Notes: generated by a model not told the origin, from the sequence alone. A stretch of 54,337 bases of DNA, filler included, from Sphacelaria rigidula (GCA_964200075.2; 5 parts of 5 records of this genome joined end to end with filler, not necessarily neighbours in it); one strand, 5' to 3'. Positions 37,323 to 50,460 are shown, numbered from the whole stretch's first letter. Translations and numbers: made by a program.

Positions 37323-38864
37323 TGAAAAATCAGGGGAAATCGTCCCGACATCGTTACTCCCGGATTTTTTCGCCCCCGATTTGGTCCAAATCCGTGTCCA
37401 TAAAATGCGTTCCCCGATTTTTTTCCCTCGATGCTCGAAAAAATCGAGATTCATGCCTGCCATATAAGTGGGTCTAAATCTCACCGGACTGTGTATCGAG
37501 CATTCCAGTATGGTTCGGCACGGTATCGAGCCCTGTTCCGAACACTCCGCTATCATGGTTCGGAAGGGCATTATTTATCGACAAAGTACGTCTTTCATAC
37601 TGTGTGTAAACACCCGAATTTCAGCCGCTATACCCTAAAAAATACAACCTTGAAATGGACTACACTCGGGAACGCCAAAAGAGGAAATTAGTCCACACAT
37701 ATCTGGCGAAATACTTGATGCCTTCAAGCACCCAGAGATGAAAGAGGACTATCTCCGCTTCCCCACTCATTGTTTATCAAGTGAGCACGGTTGGTGCTCA
37801 TTAATCGTGTCATGCCGATTAACCCTCTGACCACGGAGTGGTCCATTCAAGTCCATCTGTGTCAGTCTATAATATTGTGCTCTGGTTTTCTATACGGTGA
37901 CTCCGAAGGTAAAGCTATCAAACATTGCGGGGTCGAAGCGTTGGACAGATTATACCGATTCAGCAGACGTACACTCCGGACTTTCTTCTGTCTACATCTA
38001 CATGATAATTTTTCCGAGCTGCTACTGTGCTGTTTTGTCTGGCTACAAGTAAGTAGATATTCCCCCCAAACCAGGTTCAACCCCAAACAGCGCTTTGCCC
38101 AAACCTACACCTAATCATGATCTATGACTTTGCTGTCAACCCAAGGGTCCGTCATGTCTCCACAGCAAAACTTTTTCTCTTGACATATGTTGGTGCGATA
38201 CCACACACCACTTATACCGGCAAAACCTGTTTGAGCCAAAAGCCATTTTGAAAACTCGTTCGGGACTTTTTGAATCCTGTCTGGGCGAACCGTCCACGGT
38301 TTGGACGCATCATCGCCGGTTCGAATCACCAAATCCACGATTTCTGAAGCCCGATTGATCAAAAGAGAGAAAAAAAGTCGACCGCTGGTCAAACAGGTCT
38401 CCGCGCAACTTTTGCGCCATTCCACATGCCTGGGCTGCGCGTACCTGGGTTGCAACACTAAAAACAAAGCGGAAGGATTGATTCATTCCGTACGAATCAA
38501 AAACACTAAAATCAAGTAATTTCCCGACGAATCGTTCATTCGTCCGACCCTTGGAACCGTCAATCCGTCTGCTCGAAGCGTAACATGAACAAACGTAAAA
38601 ACGAACCGCAGAGGCGCACGTAAAAGTGTGACACGACACACGATCTGCCACACAACCACACATGAAGCTGAGAGCCCTACCGACGCCGCGAACCAAAAGC
38701 ATGCAGCTCATCGAGCCGTAGCTGTTGACGAGCTGAGCACGTCGTGCGTGGCTTTGACCAAATCTGGTCAGAATTCGACAACAAACGACAAATTTGAAGA
38801 CGCGAGCCAAAAACATCCATACACAGGGCTAGGCCGCTTCTAATAATGGCGAAAAAAATCTGTA

Positions 38865-39285
38865 ATTTAAAAACTGTCTTCTTGGTCCTTTTATTAGTCG
38901 TCGTTTTACGGCCTCCAAGGCTGCTAGGCGGATTCTGACACCTTGGAGTGACTTCTTCTACTCGTTGAGACGGGTTCAGGACATCTTTGCGTTTCCCGGT
39001 GCCCGCAGTTCTTAATTTGACCAAATTTGCATTTTTGTCCAAGAACGGTCAAGAACGGTTGAACTCAGATAAAACTGCCAGTTTTTTTTCTGGACTTCAC
39101 CTTCCTTGGACAAACATGCAAGTTTAGAAAAACAGAAAAAAAAACTGCGGCCACCGGAAAAATTAGAGGTGTCCTGGAGCCGTCTCGACGAGTAGGGCAA
39201 GTCATTCCAAGGTGTCAGAATCCGCCTAGCCCTCTTTTGGGGCGTCCAATGAGGCATAATGATCAAAAAGGCATTTTTACACTCT
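38865..39285. mobile_element. Foldback/MITE-like inverted repeat
   Basis: GCTAGGCGGATTCTGACACCTTGGA (38923) vs TCCAAGGTGTCAGAATCCGCCTAGC (~39206-39230); ends approximate. Confidence 0.7.
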
Positions 39286-39441
39286 TGAAATTTGTTCATC
39301 TTGTGTGCTCTAAAAAGAGGTCTTCAGCACCAGTACGTTTGTGGTTTAGATTGACACACACGCAGTCGCTCTCCTTCCGTACTCAACACATTTCCGTCAA
39401 CCAATGCTGTGATGTGTTGATGAGCAACGGGTAACGGTAGC

Positions 39442-39742
39442 AACAACGCTTTCGTGAGATTGAGAGTAGAATGCTGATTGAGCGCGGCTTTGATCATTCG
39501 CTTTAACTCAGCCAATTTTTCACTCCGTGTGTGGCTTTTCTTTGTCTCCGTCACTAGCTTGTGCTTACAGCTACACGTCGATATCCTACTCAGGGATATC
39601 AAGGCCCTCAGTGGCGAGCTACTAAATAAAGCATATCGGGCCTCACGGAGGTGCATTTCGGAACTGAAACGATTCAGTCACTCATTAACTGCGTGTCACT
39701 CTCGATCGTACCCTCTACTCTCAATCTCACCAAAACATTGTT
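39442..39742 (-). mobile_element. MITE family C copy 1
   Basis: TIR AACAACGCTTTCGTGAGATTGAGAGTAGA; flanks TAGC/TGGC; inverted relative to copies 2 and 3. Confidence 0.8.
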
Positions 39743-39778
39743 TGGCGTGCGTGGGTGGCGGTGGTGGTGGTGGTGGTG

Positions 39779-39814
<36 letters not shown>

Positions 39815-40204
39815 AGCTCCGTGTCTGATGTCTCGCGTGTTCCCTTTCCTCATTTTTTTTGTACCAACGCTTTATTACGTAAAGCGATGTTGGATCAATG
39901 AGTCTGGGAGAGTCGCCGCGTTTCTCCACCTGCGCACGGAGCTAGCTGACTTCGGTCTGGACAACAGACGCAAGGTGTTTGGTTAACGGTTCGAACTGGT
40001 CCAGGCCGTTCCTTATGGATACATACATGTTGGGTGCAACTATGAAACATCTCTTGACATAATACCTTTTTCTTTTTGGCAACTCGGCGTCGATGCTTGC
40101 CCTAGAAAGTGGCAAGATGGATTGTGCCAACTCGGAAGGACGTGTTGCACTCTCCGAGAGGATTCCAGGGTTTTCGGTCAATCTTTCGTTACAGCTCGGT
40201 TTGA

Positions 40205-40732
40205 ATTTTTCTCGGTTCGGACGAATCATTGCCGGTTCGAATCACCGAATCCACGTTTTTCCTGGCCTGATTGCACAACAAAAAGAAACAAGTTGACCGC
40301 TGGTCAAAAAGATCTCCACGCAATTTTTGCGCCATTCCGCGTGCCTGGGCTGCGCGTACCGTACCTGGGTTGCAACGCTGAAAACAAAGCGTAAGGGTTG
40401 ATTCGTTCGTACGGTACGAATCAATGACACTAAAATCAAGCAATTTCCAGACGAATCACCAATTCGTTCGACCCTTGGAAATTTTGAAATTTTCAAGGGT
40501 CGGACAAATCAATGATTCGTCTGTAAATTACTTGATTCGAATCGTACGAATCAATCCCTAGTCCTTGTTTTCAGCGTTGCAGCCCAGGTACACGCAGCCC
40601 AGACATGTAGAATGGCGCAAAGGTTGCGTGGATACCCCTTGGACCAGCGGTCAACTTTTTTCGGGCAATCAGGCCGAAGAAATCGTGGATTTGGTGATTC
40701 GTAGTCATGATGATTCGTCCTAACCGTGAAAT
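40205..40732. mobile_element. Foldback element, with half copy at ~38295-38560
   Basis: Arms invert around CCCTTGGAAATTTTGAAATTTTCAAGGG; left arm repeated at 38295-38560. Confidence 0.75.
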
Positions 40733-41869
40733 GTTTTGGCCGGACCAGCTATAATAGCGTTTTTCATTACAACCCAACAGTGACCATGTGTCTGGAAGTG
40801 AGAGTCGTAAGTGTGTTTTCGGGAGAAGTCGAACGATTTGGAGGGTTGAGAAGACACTGCTATTAATACTGCTGCCGCCAACAAATCACACTATAATACC
40901 TCTACAGTAGGCGCACGAAATATCAACAAAGTGCGCTGGAATCCTCCTCTCGGAAAGTGAAGCATGCTTCCTTCACATCGTACAATCCGCTCAGCCCCTC
41001 TGCACGGCCAACACTGGCGCCCAATCGCCACGAAAGGCATGTTTCGCACAGATTCCCTCCCGCCGCTCAAAATTGAGGTAAAATAGCCCCGTCATTAAAC
41101 GGGCGTACAGCGTCGGTGGAAGCCGCTAGAGAGTTATCCACGCAGCAAATCAAAGTACTAAAGCGCTGAAGTACAGCAGACCATGTATCGAGACGGGATA
41201 GAAAATATGTATGTATGTTGGCGAAATCTGTTTGCAAACAGATCGGTCCTCAAGAGGCCGCATCTTACGGGTACTGTATACAAGTATACCTGAAGATGTT
41301 CACATATACAACATACATAATCTCGACAACACTGAAGCAGGCGAACCGACTTTTCAAGTGAACCTGCCTGGATAGATATCAGCAGTAACACTTCAGGGGT
41401 GTGACAGGTAGGGTGAACACCCGGGTATTCATTCTCCAGAAATTTGAGTTGCGATGGTCTGGTCTCTAAACCCTACCACAATAATATATTGTCTCTCCCT
41501 TGTCCAAAAAATAAAATTCGATCCCAACCCACCATCCAACCGTCCATCCTTATACAATCTTTAATTAATTAATACGAAGTAATTATATATATATATATAT
41601 ATTAGATAGGATAGAGTTAGGTACGGGTGCAATATTCTCCCCAATACCTGGGGACTGTTGATTAATGAGTACGATCTCAACACTCTGCCCGAGTTTTGGG
41701 TACTCTTTACTAGAGTACGATTTTTCAATATACCCCAAATGTAGGAAGGACCCTACCCAACACCCGTGTAACACTCGAACACTTGCACATTACCTGGAGA
41801 TTCTGATTTTGTATGTAGTCCCACACCATGATGGAAAGGCACTGCTGTACGTAAGCGTGTTCTATTGAA

Positions 41870-42169
41870 AACAATGTATACGTGAGGTTGAGAGCAGAGG
41901 ATACGATTGAGAGTGAAAATCGGTCAATTAGTGAATGAATTGTTTCAGTTCCGAAATGCCCCACCACGGGGGCCGATATGTTTTCTCTAGTAGCTTGCCA
42001 CTGAGGCCCTCGATATCCTTGAGTAGAATATCGACGTGTAGGTTTAAGCACATGCCTGTGATGGAGGCAAAGAAAAGCACGCGAGTAATGAAAAAATGGT
42101 CAAGTCAAAGCGAATGATCAAAGCCACTCTCAATCGGCGCTCAACTCTCAATCTCACGAAAACGTTGTT
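41870..42169 (+). mobile_element. MITE family C copy 2
   Basis: Same TIRs and internal sequence as 43708-44007. Confidence 0.8.
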
Positions 42170-42234
42170 CATATGTTCATGTGGAATGAGATGAATTCAG
42201 CAGCGAAAATCGCATTATTTCACTCGGCGCTTTT

Positions 42235-42485
42235 GACTGCTGCCGACATAGCCCCCCCCCCGAACCGGCCAAAAACGTGCACGGAGGCGATGATCATAGA
42301 TGACGTGAGAGCTGGTGTTGTGCTGCACGGCGCGACTCATTTGGGCGTTATAGCTGATTTTGGACTGCTACACGCCTCTCATGAGGGTGGAATTTCTGCA
42401 AACGAGCCCAGTAGTGGGATCGTAGCCGGTTTGTCCGACGGTCTCCGGTACACTTTTCGTGGGGGGGGCTATCTCGGCAGTAGTC
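42235..42485. mobile_element. MITE family B copy 2
   Basis: TIR GACTGCTGCCGACATAGC / GCTATCTCGGCAGTAGTC; TSD TTTT. Confidence 0.85.
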
Positions 42486-43243
42486 TTTTGTGAGTTTTAA
42501 TCTGGGTCTATGCTGTTATTTTGTTTTTGTTTGAAATCTGCATACCTTATTATGGGTAGCTAGCCCATGACCATCAAAGACGTCCGCATCAGATGCCCAG
42601 TACGAATGTACCGCGCAGATATCGGAACGGTTTTCAATGTGAAGACAGCAGCAGCAACAACAACAACAACAACAACAAGCTGAGAGGCACAGAAGGTCAA
42701 CGACAATGTCACCCATTGATTATGAAAACAACTTCGTGGTTATATGTTACACGAGCGACGGGCAAGCACTGTTTCGCCTTTGAACCTTCTTTTCGGGGGT
42801 GAAAAAAGAAAAAAACTCTCTCTCTTGATATGTCGGCAGGGGATAGGGGCGAGGTTTGACAAAAAATAGTGGCGAGCTGCATGCGTATCACCCAAAAAAC
42901 ACTCATCGGCAAAACCTCACGCCGTTTCAAGGATTAAGATCCTGAATTTTTGCATAGATGTTCCCTGGGACATTGTGCAACTTTTGAAGGTCGAGGTGAA
43001 TCGACTTTTCGATTTTTACACCGTTTTTCGAGGGTCCCAGTTTTTCGGGGAAACATCGATCCAATCGGGCCCCCTCAAAACGGTAAAGAGAAAACTAAAA
43101 AAAACCTCAGTCATCCAAAGTTGTGTAACGACCCATGGCACAGTTGTGTAAAATTTCAGGGTAGAAGGCCGGATGTTATGGCAAACAGATTTTTGGCCCA
43201 CGGATTGTTCACTTCTGGGAGGTTTGAACCACCTTTTGACCCC

Positions 43244-43451
43244 CAAACAGGGAAAGCCGCCAACACACGTCCCGGACACTTTGCATCACCCCACAGAGAG
43301 GAGCCTAGCCTGATTTTCAGTTTCGCTTGGCTCCGAGGTTTCGAGATTGGCTGCTGAACAAAAATTCGTGCGCAAAATCTGTGCTTGCCGACCCCTCTCT
43401 GTGGGGTGATGCAAAGTGTCCGAGACGTGTGTTGGCGGCTTTCCCTGTTTG
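43244..43451. repeat. Near-perfect ~58-bp inverted repeat running into contig end
   Basis: CAAACAGGGAAAGCCGCCAACACACGTC…CACAGAGAG and its reverse complement at 43395-43451. Confidence 0.8.
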
Positions 43452-43707
43452 NNNNNNNNNNNNNNNNNNNNNNNNNNNNNNNNNNNNNNNNNNNNTTAAT
43501 TAATTAANNNNNNNNNNNNNNNNNNNNNNNNNNNNNNNNNNNNNNNNNNNNATAATTCACCACGAAGATCGCATATTATTGGCGCTAGATTCCGCCGATT
43601 CCTCACTGGAGGGCCTCTGATTGGTTGAATTTCACATTTCACTACAAAATGTTATTCCCATGTATGGGCGTTGTGCCGTATAGAATGTGTTTTTATTGCA
43701 CACTGAG

Positions 43708-44007
43708 AACAATGTTTTCGTGAGATCGAGAGTAGAGGATACGATTGAGAGTAAAAAGCGGTCAATTAGTGAATGAATCGTTTCTGTTCCGAAGTGCCCC
43801 TCCACGAGGCCCGATATGCGTTCTGCAGCAGCTTGCCACTGAGCTCCTTGATGCCCCTGAGTAGGATATCGACGTGTAGCAATAAACACACGCTAGTGAT
43901 GGAAGTAAAGAAAAGCACACACGGAGTGAAAAAATGGCTGAGAGCAAGCGAATGATCGAAGCCACTCTCAATCAGCGTTCTACTCTCAATCTCACGAACA
44001 CGTTGTT
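43708..44007 (+). mobile_element. MITE family C copy 3
   Basis: AACAATGTTTTCGTGAGA…TCTCACGAACACGTTGTT; TSD TGAG. Confidence 0.85.
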
Positions 44008-44580
44008 TGAGGTGATATGCTTAGAGTCGAGTATCAACTAGCTGTCGCAGTTGCGCCCATATATGTTGGGGCAGAAACAAAATACAACAACGACACATCA
44101 GTAACGTGTGTGTTATGCTTTGCTTGATATATATGCTTGATTTTATTGACTTGCTATTTTACAAAAATATTGTATCGCTATGACGGCTTATCTACGGGGG
44201 TGTCGGAAATTTTACACACAGCCTGAAGCTTGGCTGCATGTTCCGTGTTCTTGATTCCGACTCTGCAGAAAATAGCGGTACAATCTGTGACGCTTCAACG
44301 AAAACACGAATCATGCAGTGACGTTTCATGTGTATCTTCGATTGATAATATCCTTGCACGTTTAGCCACATTGCTCATAGGGTATTACAGTAAGAAACGT
44401 GCTGCCATGGTTTCTTACACAATGGAGTACAGTATCAAGGTAACTAGGTCTGGTCTTGCGTACGTGCACTGACTTGGTTTTTCCTTCCAGGATTGAGAAC
44501 ACTTGGATACGGTCACCTTGGCCCCCAACACTGCCACTCCCGTCGTTCCCTTCAGCTTTCTGCTTTAGAAAGAGACTATG

Positions 44581-46860
44581 CTATCCAATCGCACCTTGGG
44601 GGTGTTATTGACATTGTTGATTCTACCCGATCTCTGCACCTGTGTGTGCACAACAAGAACAAGAGTCTACCACACCCAATTGGGGGGAATGTACGAAATA
44701 TCAAACACTCGTGGAGACCTTCTTGGCATGCGGAGTGAAAAAACGTATCTCTGGTGGTGACCTGACTGTTGCCAGCGTGATCCATACAGGGGCTGTCATC
44801 CTGTAATCTGAGATTTCCTCATGTACAACTGGTCGGGTGCTCAGCAGGGTGTGTTTGTGTGTCTGTGTTTCTTGCGAGAGTTACCGTGTTAGGAGGGTCA
44901 TCCTAAGCTGAGGCAAGATATGATTATGGTTTCACCAGAAACAAGGGTGTTCTGTGATCAATAACTCGTCGTTGCATTTGTGGCCCACGCCGTCAAGCGC
45001 TGACCGCAAAGGCCTTGCCTCCGAATAGCCTCCAAGCAGCGTAATTAGCAGTACGTAAGACGAGCCTGGACATAGCTTTCGTTGCTCTACTCACTGCCTA
45101 GACAAGAACAGTAGCACCGAATTCTACAACTCTTGTACAATTGGATAGTTTCGATTATTTTATCTTATTCCACAGTATCGACACGGCTCTCAAAATCTGT
45201 CGAAGGGTGATTTCTCCGGTTCCCACGAGGTATAAGAAAACGGTGACAATTTTTGTAAGCTCTTTACAACATGGAAGGTCACAGAGATTTTTCTACGAAT
45301 GAAACTCTGTAAAAATGGTGACAGCTTTTGTAAGCTCTTTAGGACATGGAAGGTCACAGAGATTTTTCCACGAATGAAGTTATGTGTATTTCCATCTGCA
45401 AAGCGGTTTCTCGGCACGAATTTTCATTTCGAACGTGAACCTGTCCATTTCAGTTCGGTTCTAAACTGTACGATTTATGCAAATTCCAGGATAGTTGGGC
45501 ATATCTTTTCGACAGCATCTCCGTTTGTTGAAGCGAACGCAAAGCGAGCATTTCCCCGCTGTGTTTGGTACCCGTTTTGATTATATTGAACTGTTCAACT
45601 CTACAAAGGTTGTAGAATTCGGTGATACTGTTGTTGTACAGGCAGTGAGTCGAGCAACGAAAGCTATGTCCAGGTTTGTTTGACGTGCTGCCCAGTACGT
45701 TGAGCTGGAAAGCTATTGTTAGGCAAGGCCTTTGCGGTTAGCGCTTAACGGCGCGGGCCACAAATTCAACGGCAAGTGATTGATAAGAGAACACCCTTGT
45801 TCTTGGTGACACCAAAACCCATATTTCGCCCTAGCTTAGGATGGTCCTCTCACATGGTGATTTCGCAAGAGACACAAACACACACACACCCTGCTGAGCA
45901 GCTGAGAGTGATGCTACGGTAGGGGTTACGCGTTTGAAGCGAAAATGCTTCTCGGGGTTGCTCGGGGTGTCGGACGGGTTATTTTCTGCATCTGCATCAT
46001 TTTTACTTGAATAATAAGGGAAATGATGCCGATTCACGAAAAGGCCCCTGCGTGCAAACACCATGTTCCTAGGAGTCCGGTCCCCGGATATTTAGGTTGT
46101 ACAGTAAGCTCCCTATATTTGTGCTCCTACAAGAAGGAGATCCCCAGAGACAAAAAAGTGCAATCCCTACCGCAGCGTTTCTCCCGACCAGTTGTACATG
46201 AGAAAGTCTCAGATTACAGGATGGCAGCCCCAATATGGGTCACGCTAGTAACAGTTGTTAGCCCACCGCCAGAGGTACCTCTTTTTACTCCGCATGTCAA
46301 GAAGGTCCCCACGTGTATTTGATATCTCGTACCTCCTCCCAAATGGGGTGTGGCAGACTCTTGTCCTTGTTATGCACACACAGGTGCAGAGGTAGGGTAA
46401 AATCAACTATGGCAATAACACCCCCAATTTGCGATTGGATCTTATTGCCGTAACACCGTCTTTGCTCGCATCTATGTGTGTGACAACAGTAGCGGTGACG
46501 GAAACATCGCCCTGCTTTTCTGCGACGTGTTCTACAGCGCACAGAGGCGCATCCTGCCCAAAACGAGAGGCAGAATGGAATCGACCTTTGCATTTGTCAG
46601 CGCTACAGACGACAGACGACGACCCTCGGCATCCCGATCTCCGGGGGGCTGTGCAGCAGTAACCCGCCTGACGGCACATGGTAAATTAGGTTTGTGCTCG
46701 TAACCTGATATGCCAATCTTTCTCGCGATTGGGAATCGCCCAACGAGGATACACAACGGACACGCGTTAGGAGCTTCCTCTTCGCCGTGGCACCTCCGGT
46801 GGTATCGTCATCGACACGCGTGTACACCGCGTTCATTGGTTGCACCTAGGCACACCTGCT
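44581..46860. mobile_element. Large degenerate foldback-type repeat
   Basis: 44581-44837 is the reverse complement of 46183-46440; 44838-~45150 is the reverse complement of ~45580-45900; central 75-bp tandem duplication; divergent copy at ~21950-23830. Confidence 0.75.
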
Positions 46861-47239
46861 AAACTGCGACAGAGACGTTGTCGAGAAGATGTTTTCCCTT
46901 GGCATAACTGTTTTGCGGAGCAGTGCTGCAGTTTTCTGCTCGAAGAAGAAACTGAGTGTGTTTTGTCTGTATATTCGGCCTAGTGAAGCGCCAGTGGAAA
47001 CCATCATCTTCTCTTATTCTACTGCACGAAGTAAGTGTTTCGCCAACACTGTGCATCCTCTGCGAACTCTCTATTAGAGCTTGGTTGAAGTGGTGTTCCT
47101 CTTTCGGCGGTTGAACGTTGTGCTGCATACTGGTGTAGGCAGACTAGCTACAGCCACAATTCCAATACGGATATGTTCTTGGCCGCAAGGACCCTCGGAG
47201 TGTAATCATGTTTTCAATCCTGTGCGTACTTGTCTGCCC

Positions 47240-47488
47240 TGTGACGAAATCACGCCGTCACGTTGAGATGGTAGTGGTGATCTGGAAAATGACCGTTGGT
47301 AGTAATGATCTGGATAATTACCGTGGATACTAGGTTGATACCCTGGCGTGTCTAGGAGGCTGTGCCTACGAGGGCACTCCTGAATAATGAGAATGTTGCT
47401 AAAGCTGACAACTGAAACTGAGGCCAGTAAGACTGGGGAGTCCCTCAACAGCAGTGATCCATCAGTGCTTCTACTGGCTGGCGTCACA
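47240..47488 (+). repeat. 5' LTR
   Basis: Direct repeat of 50213-50460. Confidence 0.93.
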
Positions 47489-47790
47489 ATATCGGTATTA
47501 GTGCTAGTGCTAGTGTTAGTGCTAGAAATCTGCTGGAAAGGAATTCGGCGGAAGGAGTTGGGTAGCTGACCTAATAACCCACGGACGCGTGGAAAGGGTT
47601 CCAGCTGAGGCGGCTGCAGAAAGGCGGCTGGCCTGTGATTGATCCAGACTGGAGACTTGCTCAAGCTGCCTGCAGCGGGAGTTTGGAGGCTCCTACGACT
47701 GAGTGGTGCGGCGATGAAGCAAGGAAAGTGCAATTTGCGAAGGTCCGCTGGCCTGCAAAGGTTCGCAGGTAGCCGGTTACAGCTACAGCT

Positions 47791-49034
47791 ATGGCTACCG
47801 ACTCAAGAGGTACGTCCACCGTGACACCCGTGTTCATGCAGGAAGAGTTGCGACCTTCCCAACACGGGGACAGGTACTCAGAGAGTGCATCTCGCACTTT
47901 TTACACGAGGTATTTGGAATAAAAGAAGCGTGTGGAGCACGCTAATGCAGGGGGTGCCGTGCGGCATCAGGTGGTGACAATGGCTCAACCAGTGCCAACT
48001 CATCTACAGAGAGTGTTCGCTCGTTCGGAATATAATGAGAACACTATCACCCCGCCGCAGTTGGTTGCGGCGATCAAAACGCTGGGCATGCGGCGGGCGC
48101 CGAGGTAGATCTAACCCAAGCGTCCTCGGCCTTGGCGAAAGCTGTCGCCATGGATTCTCGGGGGGAAACGGTCTTGGAGCGGGTGGAGCCCATCTTGGCC
48201 AATTTGGAGAAGAGCTTCACGAAAAATCCGAACGTGGGACTAGTATAACGTTCCCCCGATAGTGAGTTCATTCCCGGCCTGGCAGCAGTAATCATCAAGG
48301 CTTTGATGGAGGGGTTGGCACCAGAAGAATTGAAGCAAGCCGTGCTCATCAAGCTGCAGCACCAAACAGACTTGAAGGCCGACGCTTACCTGGTGATGAG
48401 CACCGTCGTGGCCAAGGCCAAGGAATGGCGAAAAATAGAGGTATTGGGCCAGTCGTCCACCTCTTCGACGAAATCTTTGCGCAACCATGGCTCGAAATCA
48501 GCCGGTTGCGCCGCGAGTATTACTTGCCACCGCTGTGGCCAGGTCGGCCATTACGCGCGCGATTGCCCAACGATTTCTCGTGGAGAGTCTGGGCAGTCAA
48601 GTACCGCGCGCCATCAGCATCGTCAGCACAAGGGCCAAATACGAGGTAATCGTGGTGGCGGCGGCGGATCCTCCGGCGATGGAGGGTCGCAGGCGAGCCC
48701 TCAGCAGCAGCCGCAGCAGCAGCAGAATCAGCAGCAGCAGGGGCAGTGGCGTCAGCATGGGCCTGGCTCTGGATCCGGCGCCGCCGTAGGTGCTGCTGCT
48801 CCGCAGCGGGCGGTGCAGGTGGATCCGACTTCTGCAGAGCCGAACACTGCGCCGGCGGCGACACCGGCAGCAGCGCCAGGCGCGACGCCTGTTGACGCGC
48901 TGGTCGGAGGGTCGCCAAATTCTTGGGTTGCTAGCTGGGGGTCATACCCGCCGGTGGTGCCGTTTGAACCTGCCGGGGCGTCTTCGCCTGCGCAGCACGC
49001 AGCCGTGGCGTCAAGTGGGATTAGCGGGATATAG
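47791..49034 (+). pseudogene. gag: gag remnant with CCHC zinc knuckle
   Basis: CHRCGQVGHYARDC in ORF 48303-49034; upstream part interrupted by stops/frameshifts. Confidence 0.8.
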
Positions 49035-50212
49035 GTCAGCGGAAGAAGTTCCCGAGGAGCTTACCGACAGACACAGTCCGGCGGACTTATGTCGTCCGAA
49101 TCAACGGCAGCGTAGAGCCATTGTGCTTCGGTCTGTATTGGATTCTGGCACTCATTTCACTAGTCTACCGGTGCAGATGGTTGAGATGCTGAAGCGACAA
49201 CTCCCGGGTGTGCCGCTGCGCATCCCGTTTTCGCTCGGGGCGCGGCAGGCAGTCACCGCGTCAGGTCAGCATGTTTCAGTCACGGAGCGTACTGTTCCGT
49301 TGCAGCTAGCCTTCAAGACTGCTTGGGGCCTGCCGTTGCCTCCGATCTCGTTTGCAATTATGCCAGGGTCGGATGGCGTTGCTTTTCTGGGGCTGCTGAC
49401 GATACAGGATCCAGGAGTCGACCCGTATGAGCGGTAAAAGGACTCCATCGAGACGCGGATGTCTCCGCCTGGTCCGCACGTGGCGACGCCCGCCTTTTTG
49501 GGCAATCGTCGCGTGAGCTTGTCGGTGGATGCTTTTTAGGAGGCTGGGGCGCAGGTGACCGAGGAGCGGGATGCGGCGGTGGAACGCTTAGTAGAGCGCG
49601 GCCGGGATATATTCATTGATCCAGCCGAAGAGGAGTCCGCTCGGAAGGTCGCGCTGGAGGAGAGCGTGACGGATGCTGTGGCGAAAGGCCTCAGCGTCCT
49701 CAAAGCAGAGCGCCTGTGCGGCATCTTGCATCGCCGCGTCAACGCGTTTCGTCGTGCGCTGCGGGGTGATCCCCCTGCGCGCGTGGAGCCTATGCATGTT
49801 CAGCTGAAACCTGGGGTATCCGCGGTGAAGGCGAAGCCGCGGCGGTACGATCCGGTGAAGTCGAGCTGGTTGGCATTGTGGATGGCTGCTCTTTCGGCGC
49901 TTGGGTTGGTAATCTGAAACCTGCAGGCGGTATGGTCCAGTCCGGCGATGGCGGTTCCCAAGAAAGACTCGTTTCGCCTGGTGAGTGACTACAAGGCCGT
50001 GAATGATCAGGTTGAGAAGTCGCCGAGTGTAATGCCCAATCAAAAGTCAGACATGCGTGATCTCTTGAGTGCTCGTTTTTTTGTCAAGTTGAACATCCTC
50101 CAAGGTTTTTGGCAGATGCCGTTGGTGGAAGAGGCGCAGGAGATTTTTACAATCACGACCCCATTAGGCTTGTTTACCCCGAAGCGAGTACCGCAAGGCG
50201 TGTTGGGGGTGC
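49035..50212 (+). pseudogene. pol: pol remnant: aspartic protease and truncated reverse transcriptase
   Basis: VLDSG; WSSPAMAVPKKDSFRLVSDYKAVN…LQGFWQMPL…TPLGLFTPKRVPQG; in-frame stops; no YxDD, RNase H or integrase. Confidence 0.88.
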
Positions 50213-50460
50213 TGCGACGAAATAACGCCGTCACGTTGAAATGGTAGCGGTGATCTGGATAATGACCGTTGGTAGTGATGATCTGGATAATGACCGAGGA
50301 CATAGGCTGATACCCTGGCGTGTCTAGGAGGCTGTGCCTACGAGGGCACTCCTGAATTATGAGAATGTTGTAAAGGCTGACAACTGGAACTGAGGCCAGC
50401 AAGACTGGGGAGTCCCTCAACAGCAGTGATCCAACAGTGCTTCCACTGGCTGGCGTCACA
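50213..50460 (+). repeat. 3' LTR
   Basis: Direct repeat of 47240-47488. Confidence 0.93.

Larger units (their letters stand above)
47240..50460 (+). mobile_element. Ty3/gypsy LTR retrotransposon, decayed and internally deleted
   Basis: LTRs 47240-47488 and 50213-50460 (TG…CA, TGTGACG/CGTCACA ends); 4-bp TSD GCCC; degenerate tRNA-Met PBS; gag zinc knuckle, protease and N-terminal RT. Confidence 0.93.

Noticed and set aside
41561-41572. TTAATTAATTAA without flanking Ns
   Set aside because: AT-rich context and does not fit the contig-length pattern; probably chance
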